This document shows, one piece after another, positions 9,984-17,671 of a stretch of 64,000 bases of DNA. This DNA comes from Candidatus Latescibacterota bacterium (GTDB lineage Bacteria > Latescibacterota > UBA2968 > UBA8231): NCBI GenBank assembly GCA_965243025.1, contig CBDETY010000003.1, positions 864,001 through 928,000 on the forward strand, in the 5' to 3' direction. Under the pieces are notes generated by a model. It did no database searches and was not told the DNA's origin. It saw nothing but the letters and a program-made list of their open reading frames with translations. The translations under genes and the position numbers were made by a program. Position 1 is the stretch's first letter; the number at the start of each line of letters is the position of its first letter.

Positions 9984-10193
9984 ATGTCCGACGAAGTGGA
10001 TCTACCCAAGTGGATTATCCGCCGATATGCAGTGGTAAAAGACAAGAAGGTTGACCGGTTCGAAACCCTTCGGGAAGCAACGGCACACCGCCAGAAGCAC
10101 GGAGGAGAAATTCGCGAGCTCGTGTTCCGCTTGTCCGAGGTAAAGTCCCTATCTCAAAGGGTCGAGGGGTGGGTACGGGCTGATGGAGAGTGA
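9984..10193 (+). CDS. Hypothetical protein, 69 aa
   Basis: Strong SD (GAAGGAG) before the ATG. Confidence 0.6.
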   Translation: MSDEVDLPKWIIRRYAVVKDKKVDRFETLREATAHRQKHGGEIRELVFRLSEVKSLSQRVEGWVRADGE

Positions 10194-10283
10194 CAGGACA
10201 GGCGGACACCCCACTGCTCTCCTGTTCTTCACAAGCTCGCATTGATAAGCAAATCCCCCTTTTCCGGGAAAGGAAACCAGTCA

Positions 10284-10556
10284 ATGAACCACGAAACGAG
10301 AAGCAAAATCGAATCCGTATATCAGGACGTGGCCTTCGAGAAAGTTCACCTTATGGCGGACGTAGATCCAGCCTGCATTGCCATCTTCTTCAGGCACCCC
10401 GAGATGGGAGGGATAGCCCTCCCGGTGTCGGCAGTGCAGGCTATATGCCTCACCTTCGCCCTGCTGGAGTTGTTCGGAGAATCAGAGGGTATCCTTGATC
10501 CGTATCTGGACACCGCCGTGGAGGAGATCAGGAAAATGGCGCTGAAGAAAGGATGA
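10284..10556 (+). CDS. Hypothetical protein, 90 aa
   Basis: AAGGA SD before ATG 10284; in frame with track ORF 10242-10556. Confidence 0.55.
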   Translation: MNHETRSKIESVYQDVAFEKVHLMADVDPACIAIFFRHPEMGGIALPVSAVQAICLTFALLELFGESEGILDPYLDTAVEEIRKMALKKG

Positions 10557-10564
10557 CAAACACC

Positions 10565-10642
10565 CTATGGAATCACTCGCAGCATCGTAGGAATAATGGC
10601 CGCCGCCACGGCCAGCAGAGCGGCCAATAGGAACCTTTTCAT
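10565..10642 (-). CDS. 25-aa hydrophobic peptide or signal-peptide remnant
   Basis: GAAGGAGAG SD then MKRFLLAALLAVAAAIIPTMLRVIP*, directly downstream of the SWIB-J gene. Confidence 0.35.
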   Translation of the reverse strand: MKRFLLAALLAVAAAIIPTMLRVIP

Positions 10643-10669
10643 CCGGAATCTCTCCTTCACGGTTTCGCA

Positions 10670-11167
10670 TTAGCTCCGAGACTTCACCACGACTTCGTAG
10701 GCGCTCTGAATCTCCTGGAACTTCTCCCCCGCCAGCTTGACGATTCCTGCGGGAATCTCCTCGCCTGCCAGCCTGTCCGGGTGATATTCCTGGCATAGCT
10801 CCCTGAACTTCCGTTTCAGTTCCTCGTCGGACACCTCCGGCGAGCAGCCCAGAGTCTCGTAACAAGACCCCAGCATCTTCTTTTCAAACGCCCTTTCCAG
10901 CTCCTCGTCCGTTCCTGCTGAACCTCCGGAACAGGCGAACAGGTATCTGTTGACCAGCCTGGTGAACTCCAACAGGGTCATTTGATCCTTGCCGCCGCAG
11001 ATCCTTCTGAGATTGTCGTCCGCGTTGATCCTTCGCGGATTCCTTGCGTCCTGCAAACCGTTCTCCCGGATGTAGCCCCAGAGTTCCTCGACAACCTGAG
11101 CCTTCGACACCGGCTCGTCGCCGACAATGGCAGCCAGTTCCTCAGACGGCTGCAGCCGCTTCAACAT
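10670..11167 (-). CDS. SWIB/MDM2-domain + DnaJ J-domain fusion protein
   Basis: N-half LQPSEELAAIVG...VVEELWGYIRENGLQDARNPRRINADDNL (SWIB consensus); C-half YETLG...YHPD...AGEKFQEIQSAYE (DjlA-like J-domain with HPD). GGAGGG SD before ATG 11167. Confidence 0.85.
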   Translation of the reverse strand: MLKRLQPSEELAAIVGDEPVSKAQVVEELWGYIRENGLQDARNPRRINADDNLRRICGGKDQMTLLEFTRLVNRYLFACSGGSAGTDEELERAFEKKMLGSCYETLGCSPEVSDEELKRKFRELCQEYHPDRLAGEEIPAGIVKLAGEKFQEIQSAYEVVVKSRS

Positions 11168-11196
11168 ATCTCCCTCCGTCAACGAAAGGACTTTTC

Positions 11197-11508
11197 ATGA
11201 CCGAACGGATCCGTGTCTTGCCGGGAAACACCGAGAGAGTGAACTCGAACCGATTCGGCGACGGCATCTTCGCGCCGCCGGCAGGGAAATACCTTACCGA
11301 GGTGGAGGTCGTCCTGGTCCTCCATCAGCCGCCGCTTCGACCGGGACCGCCCTGCACATTCGAAATCTATCCCCGCCAGGAAAAGCTGACCATGCTGGTG
11401 TACCACGACACCCCTCAAATAAGCTGCTGCGAGGCCCAGGCGAAGGCGAAAGCCTCGCTCCTTCAGGTGTTGCAGGATCTGGAATCCTCCCTGGTTCAGG
11501 AACGGTAG
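11197..11508 (+). CDS. Hypothetical protein, 103 aa
   Basis: GAAAGGA SD before ATG 11197; part of track ORF 11044-11508. Confidence 0.5.
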   Translation: MTERIRVLPGNTERVNSNRFGDGIFAPPAGKYLTEVEVVLVLHQPPLRPGPPCTFEIYPRQEKLTMLVYHDTPQISCCEAQAKAKASLLQVLQDLESSLVQER

Positions 11509-11621
11509 TCTCGAAAGCTCCCTGGCTGATCCGATGCCGCCAGGAGGTTCTGTACGACCCTGCCGGGAATTCAGAAGAGTCAAAGGCCGCCCCGGTGGGG
11601 GCAGTGGAGAGGGTTTAGTCG

Positions 11622-11864
11622 TCAGGGATTCCTCTTCCCATCTCCCCGGTCCAGCTCGCCGGCGAGCGCTTCCAGTGCGGCTATATCGCGGCGGATCATC
11701 TTTCGGGCGCAGTCGAGGCAGTAGTGACTCCAGCCTCCCCCATTGCGGACTTTGAGCCGCTTGTCTCCGCGCTGGAGCCGATGCCCCTTATTGGCTTTGC
11801 AATTATGAGCGCGCAGAACTACGTCCACCTTCGCCGGGATGCGCAGGGATCTAATTCGTCCCAT
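11622..11864 (-). CDS. Small putative zinc-finger protein (C-x5-H...H-Y-C-x2-C)
   Basis: 80 aa; AAGGAGG SD; start overlaps the frame-corrected helicase stop by 14 nt. Confidence 0.7.
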   Translation of the reverse strand: MGRIRSLRIPAKVDVVLRAHNCKANKGHRLQRGDKRLKVRNGGGWSHYCLDCARKMIRRDIAALEALAGELDRGDGKRNP

Positions 11865-13660
11865 CGAAGACCTCCTTTTCAGCGCGCTCGACGATCCCGG
11901 CGAAATTCCGTTCGATCCGGTCCAGGTCGTCCCGGGTGAACTCGCTGCGCTCCCCGGCCTTGCGGCCCACCGCAGCGTTCACCTGCCGATCAATGGCCGT
12001 CTTGACGACGACAAAATTGGACCGGCTGAAGCGCTGGCGGTCGAGGTTCCGGGCTTCCGGGTTGACGCCGCGCTTCCGGAGAATCCGTCCGGTTTTCCCT
12101 TTGCACCCGCGTGTCGAGGTCGCCGCGCCTTGCCTGGCGCTGCTGGAGGCGGGTCATGGGAACGGGCTTCTGCTCGCCGATAGCCTGCTTGCCTTCGTCG
12201 GATGAGTACCCCTTTTCCGGAAGGACCCGGGGAGCCGCAACCGCCTCGGAGAGTTCGGGAACGAGGAGGGTTTCTTCCAGCCGGATGGCCGTCTGGCCGC
12301 GCACATCGATGCGTTCGCCCTCGCCGGAGTCACGGGGCTCGACTTCAATCTCGTCGCGGGAACGGAAATCGAGGTCCTCCGGCAGAAGCTGATCGAAGAA
12401 CTCCTGGTCGGCTCCGCTGAATTCCCGGAAATCGTCCCACCTGTTCGCGACGTTGGCACCGGCATGGAAGACGACGCTGCCTTGATTGAGAAGGTTGTCG
12501 GGGTCGTTGGGCTCGATGACGCGCATGATGCGGCCTGCGAACTGAACGAAGGGAGAGAGGTTTGCGAAGAGGCTGAAGACCGCCGCGACGGCAAGATAGG
12601 GGTGATCGAACCCCTCCCCGAGCTTTCGAACCTGGACGATCACATCCAGCTCGTGATTTTCCAGACGCTGCAGAACCTGGTCGTTGACGGCACTCTTTTC
12701 CCGCGAGTGCACAAAATCGGCGCCAAGGTCGCGGGCGCGATACGCTGCCACGATCTGGCCGCAGTGCTCGTAGTTGAGCGCCGAGGCGATGATCTTGAGC
12801 CGCCTTTCGCCGGAGGCGGTGCGGAGCTTGTCCAGCTCACGGATCGAAGCCTCGACAAGGGTGTCGAGGGTCTCGGTCGAGGTCACGATGCTGCGCCGGA
12901 AACCGGCGTCCTGCTCGCCGAGGAGACGCACTTCCTCCAGGCCGACCTCCTCCTCCTGTCCGTCCTCGCGGCGGACATAGCGCAGCGTTTCCGGGTTGAG
13001 GACCACGGCCTTGAGGCGCTTGACATAGCCTGCCTGAATGGCCGCAGACACCGAATAGGAATACAGGATGCGGCCGGCCATGACCTGACCGTCGGCGCGT
13101 AGAGGAGTGGCGCTGAAGTTGACGATTCTTGCCTGCGGAAACTGGCCTTTCAGCGTTTTCCAGCTCTGCGCGACGTTGTGGTGTCCTTCGTCGAACAGGA
13201 TGAGGTCGAAGAAATCCTCCGGCAGCCTCTGGAGCCAGCGGTTATTGTCGCCCTGCAGTTGCTGGATGTTGGTAATCACCACGTCGGCTTCTTCGAGGTC
13301 CGCCCGGTTGGTGGTCGCGCCCCGGATCCGGGCCGGCTCTGGAAAAGGAGGAGCGTCCAGGACGCCGCACCGGGTGTAAAACATGTCCCTGGCAGGGTCG
13401 AAGTCATCGTTGAGTTGCTGAGCAATCTTGACGCCGGGGGCCACGACAAGGGTGCGGGTGGAGCCAAAGGCGAAGGGGGCCAACGCGATGCAGCCGGACT
13501 TGCCGCAGCCGACGGGCAGGACGATTCCGACCTCGCGCTCCTTCTCGTCCTGGTTACCGGCGAAACGGGACAGGGCGGCGTAGGTCTCCTTCTGGGGTGT
13601 GCGAAGACGAGGGTTGTCATCGATCTGGGGCTTGAGGGTCTGGAACAGGTCGTTCTTCAT
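11851..13660 (-). CDS. SF2 DExH-box helicase with a 1-nt frameshift near the C-terminus
   Basis: Start MKNDLF at 13660; PVGCGKS, DEGHH, SATP, LGEGFD, QFAGRIMR. Removing one base from the T4 run at 12093-12096 restores a tail (...RETGRILRKRG...EKEVFDGTN*) ending at 11851. Confidence 0.85.
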
Positions 13661-13864
13661 GATATTTCCCTGTTTCTCCCGCAGGCGGTGCGGGGGATGG
13701 ATAAGGGTGGATGGAAATCTGGATGTGGAAACCAGGCAGCCGGTCGCCTGCTCCAAGGTGGCCCTGAAGCAAGGCGGAATACGTTCAGGCGGAAAAGGGC
13801 TTGTCGTACTCCCGGAGGAGCCCGAACGGAAGCCGGGGTCCCCGGTGGGAGATGACTATTTTCG

Positions 13865-13899
13865 CAGGCTTAGTGGTACCGTAGGTACCCCTAAGCCTG
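13865..13899. repeat. 35-bp near-perfect palindrome
   Basis: CAGGCTTAG-T-GGTACC-GTA-GGTACC-C-CTAAGCCTG; 15 of 16 arm positions pair. Confidence 0.85.
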
Positions 13900-14375
13900 G
13901 AGATTTAACGCCGAAACCGGATCAGGCGGGGCAACAACGGCTGCGTGGGTAACTGGCTCTCGTACCGAGGGCGTTGAAGAGGTTGGAATCAAAAAAATCA
14001 TCACTCATCAGTCTGAATCAGCAGTTCAACTACTCCTTGGTGTTGTAGGTCATCGGTGTTTCGTCATCGCAGTCGGCACCGGCTGGGAAAACTCCCTGGC
14101 CGTGAGGCCGGTGTATTCCTCGCAGGCTGCGAACCCCAGGTCGCACATCGATAGGGTCCCCGCTGAAGGGCGACCTCCTTGGCTTCCATTTTCAGTCTCT
14201 GCTACCGTCGCGCCAAGGACTGCTCTCTGAGTCCATCGGGCGATCTCCCTGATCGCCTGTCCTCAAACCGCAACATACCGGCGTGCCGGTTCCTGCGCAA
14301 TTCCTCCTGGCGGAAAAAGAAGAGGAGACGCTGAAAACATGAACTGAGACATCTCACCAGAAGAAAGGGTCTTCC

Positions 14376-14813
14376 ATGAAACTCGAAGTCGTCGAACGCA
14401 AGGTGCGGCAAATCTGGCAGGACGTATGCTCGGAGCCGCTCACCAGTCCCAACGAGGTGCTCGCCTACCTGGATACCCTCGACATCGCCTCAGCCGACCG
14501 GGAGGTATTCATCGTCCTCCACCTCGACACGCGCAATCGCGTAGTCGCACACGAGACGACCTCCATCGGCAGTCAAAACGCTTCCCTCGTTCATCCACGG
14601 GAGGTGTTCAAGGCAGCGATCCTGAAGGGAGCCACCAGCATCATTCTGGCCCACAATCATCCATCTGGAGATCCAGCCCCATCCAAGGAGGACATCGATC
14701 TCACTCACCGTCTTGTCGAGGCCGGTGGCCTTATGGGAATCCAAGTGCTCGATCATGTCGTCGTCGCTCCTCCCGGCGAAAGCGTGTCCATGAAGGAGCT
14801 CGGGATTGTCTGA
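14376..14813 (+). CDS. radC: RadC-like JAB/MPN domain protein (short mobile-element type)
   Basis: DREVF...SLVHPREVFKAAI...AHNHPSGDPAPSKED...LDHVVV; lacks the N-terminal HhH part. Confidence 0.92.
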   Translation: MKLEVVERKVRQIWQDVCSEPLTSPNEVLAYLDTLDIASADREVFIVLHLDTRNRVVAHETTSIGSQNASLVHPREVFKAAILKGATSIILAHNHPSGDPAPSKEDIDLTHRLVEAGGLMGIQVLDHVVVAPPGESVSMKELGIV

Positions 14814-15161
14814 TTTCCTGTCCAGTTGTGATCGCCATCCAGTGCTCAACTCAGTGAAAATATAACGGCCGGGTGCCAATGTGCGCAGAAACCGGATCAT
14901 GCCGGTTCCCGCAGGAAATGCCGAGGCCGGCCGCGTCGGCTGCAATCGCCAGAAAACCCCCGAAGGACAGGGCCGTGCCTCTCCTCTGTTGAATTGGTGG
15001 ACACCGATAAACTCCGATCACCGCAGTCGATCACTGTAGTAAGTAATTGTATATAGGGGAGCGGGCACCGTTTACAGCGTTCAGTCTGCCAGGGTAGAAA
15101 CCGTCTGTGGAGGGGATTCGATCCTGATAACGCTCCCCAAATCTCACACCGAAAGGAGCTC

Positions 15162-16154
15162 ATGAAAATCCTGAAACGATTCCTGGGCCGCTGGTCCAAA
15201 GCCGGCAGGGGGCTCGTCCCCGAAGGCCCGGGAAGGAACGACCGGAATGGCGTATCCCTGATCGAGCTGTTCGCCAGGTTTCCCGACGACGCGGCCGCGG
15301 AGAAGTGGTTTGAAGACGTCAGATGGAGCAAGCACATCCACTGCCCCCACTGCGGATGCTGCGGCATGATTACCGAATGCCCCCACCGCAGGCCGATGCC
15401 CTATCACTGCGGGGATTGCCGAAAGCGGTTTGGCGTTCGCACCGGAACGGTGCTGTCCCACTCCAAGGTGCCCCTGCAGAAATGGGTCATCGCCATCTAC
15501 CTGTTCCTGTCCAGTCTCAAGGGCGTGTCCAGCCTGAAGCTGCACCGGGATCTCCAGGTAACGCAGAAAACCGCCTGGTTCATGGCCCACCGCATCCGCG
15601 AGGCCTGGTCGGACCAGGAGAAGCTCTCAAGCCGGAGGGGCGAGATCGACCAGGCCTATTTCGGCGGAAAGGAGGCCAACAAGCACGCCGACAAGAGACT
15701 GCGGGAACGGTGGATGGAGGGAAAAACCATCGTCGTCGGCATGAAGGACCGAAAAACCGGCAAGGTCGCCGCGAGCGTGGTTCCTGCTGAAACTGCCGAC
15801 ATTCTGAGAGCCTTTGCCCGGAAGCATCTGAGAGCCAACGGCACTCTGTACAGCGACGGGGCCAGTGCCTTGAAGGATTTCAAGTGGCCGGGGAAATCCG
15901 AGTTCGTCATCCACTCGAAAGGCCAGTTCTCGACCGATGGGTCCCACACCAACGGCATCGAAAGCTTCTGGTCCATGATCAAGCGAGCCTACAAGGGGAC
16001 GTATCACAAAATGTCCCCCAAGCACCTGCAGCGATACATCGACGAGTTCGTCGGACGGCACAACATCCGCGACAAGGACACCCTTGATCAGATGGAAGAC
16101 CTGGTTGCCCGGATGGTAGGCAAACGGCTGTTGTATCGGGATCTGGTCAAGTAG
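15162..16154 (+). mobile_element. IS1595-family transposase
   Basis: Zn ribbon CPHC...CGDC, HTH (SSLKLHRDLQVTQKTAWFM), EIDQAYFGG / YSD / HTNGIESFWS core and HLQRYIDEF. Element ends not defined. Confidence 0.9.
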
Positions 16155-16165
16155 AAAACAGCCAG

Positions 16166-16212
16166 GACCTTCGCTGCTCCCCCCGCCTCTTCGAAGGTCC
16201 GGGGGCTTTTTT
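16166..16212 (+). terminator. Possible intrinsic terminator after the transposase
   Basis: GGACCTTCG / CGAAGGTCC inverted repeat followed by GGGGGC and a T6 run; loop is long. Confidence 0.4.
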
Positions 16213-16254
16213 GTGCCCTTTCGCAACATCAAACCGCTCAGAAAAGGAAACCGC

Positions 16255-16464
16255 ATGGTCGAACATCGCACCGTGGAGATCCAGACCGTAGAGGAATGCA
16301 CCTTCCTTTCGGGACTTCAGATACCGGGAATCTCCATTCAAGGCGACCGCCAGGGAGGCGGCACCTACGAAATCATCCTGCCCGCAGGCCGGGCAAGGCA
16401 ACTCATCGAACTGCTGTCCCGGGAGGCCGGAGGAAAGACCCCCGGGCGTCCGAAGGACATCTGA
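16255..16464 (+). CDS. Hypothetical protein, 69 aa
   Basis: AAAGGA SD before MVEHRTVEIQ; part of track ORF 16213-16464. Confidence 0.5.
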   Translation: MVEHRTVEIQTVEECTFLSGLQIPGISIQGDRQGGGTYEIILPAGRARQLIELLSREAGGKTPGRPKDI

Positions 16465-16480
16465 ACGCGAAAGGAGACTG

Positions 16481-16876
16481 ATGATTCCCAATCCCATCAA
16501 AGGCAACGGCGAACAGCGGAAACTGCTGAACTCCCTGAAACCCGTGGTCAAAATCGTCGCCGTGGTCGCGGCCCGAGAAGCGGGGGTGTACCTCTACAAG
16601 CTGGCCCTCAACAAGGTCCACACCGAGTGGATCAAGGCGAAGGTGAAGGACAAGCTGAGGGTCGTTCGCAGGGACTTCGGGATGGAAACCGACCCCGAGC
16701 CCGGTCCACGGGACACCCCCGGGATCCCTGATGACGACATCCAGAACGGCGTGGATCCGGAAGGACCCAGCCCGAGAAGTCGGGCTGCCCAGCGGGCTGC
16801 CCAACGCAGAGTGCGGGACGAAACCGGGAAGTTCGTCCGGAAAGATCCACCACGGGAAGGGGGTGATAGCTCATGA
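16481..16876 (+). CDS. Hypothetical protein, 131 aa
   Basis: AAGGAG SD; basic C-terminal RDETGKFVRK motif reminiscent of phage small proteins. Confidence 0.6.
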   Translation: MIPNPIKGNGEQRKLLNSLKPVVKIVAVVAAREAGVYLYKLALNKVHTEWIKAKVKDKLRVVRRDFGMETDPEPGPRDTPGIPDDDIQNGVDPEGPSPRSRAAQRAAQRRVRDETGKFVRKDPPREGGDSS

Positions 16877-16956
16877 TGCCAAGGTGGTTGGCGATTCTGC
16901 TGGAAGTGGCGCTGGAGGTGATTCAGATCGTGCTGAACCACTGGCGCAGCCGGTAG
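16873..16956 (+). CDS. 27-aa hydrophobic peptide
   Basis: ATGA overlap with the upstream stop; MMPRWLAILLEVALEVIQIVLNHWRSR*. Confidence 0.45.
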   Translation: MMPRWLAILLEVALEVIQIVLNHWRSR

Positions 16957-17332
16957 ATGCCGACCGAGGGGTAGGTGCAATCCGTTGCGCCTATCCTTTA
17001 GCCGGTAACGAAAATACAGGCAAGCGACGCAGCCTGGAGGGGCAGTCCTACGATGTTCCGTGTGGACGATTACATCTGCATCACCTGTGAGCCGCCATGG
17101 AAATCCGAAGGGCTCGACTGGCCTACATCATCCATCGATTCGGCCCCCTCTTGGTGAAGCCGACGGACTCCGGCCATTTCGCCGCCTTTCCGGCCGCGAC
17201 GGCTTGCTGTCCTCCCCGCAGAGAGGAAGCCGCGCGGAAATCCCCGAATTGTCGAGGAAGGTCATCACCCCGTAGCGGACTACCGCCAGCGACCGGGCTG
17301 AGTCCAGGACTCCTTGCAGAACTGTGTTGAGT

Positions 17333-17430
17333 CGGGGCTCTCATTGATGCGCAGGCTGGCCTGACTCAACCGGGGTCAGGCGCTCCCGCAGGACCTCGTT
17401 GTCTCGTTCCATCTCCTCAGCAGGTTTCAT
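17333..17430 (-). pseudogene. 5' fragment of a gene (coiled-coil N-terminus, sensor-kinase-like), copy 1
   Basis: MKPAEEMERDNEVLRERLT/LSQASLRINES; closely similar to 27367-27465. Confidence 0.5.
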
Positions 17431-17671
17431 CCCTCCTCTCCTTGTCGGGCTCGGTTTCCAAGCCAAATCGTCCGAAATGTCCATTATCCACCCCAATTTC
17501 CATAAAAAAACCGCCGAAATGGACCTTATTTTCACCGGTTTATCACTCATGGGGGAGTTATATTATTGACCCGGTCTTTTCGTGTCGCAGCCGGTTTCCT
17601 CGGCGGAATCCCCACGCTTTTCGCAAGTGGGTTGCATCCGCCCCAGCAACGCACCAAGGGAGATATCTCGG

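Noticed and set aside
9100-11200. Integron cassettes to explain the antisense cargo genes
   Set aside because: No recognisable attC sites (RYYYAAC...GTTRRRY with internal dyad) flanking them.
8249-17300. Intact prophage or ICE
   Set aside because: No integrase, structural, replication or conjugation genes and no att pair in the window.
15030-17575. Candidate terminal repeats for the IS1595 element (AT-rich patches at ~15035-15060 and ~17551-17570)
   Set aside because: No convincing inverted pair or target duplication found by eye.
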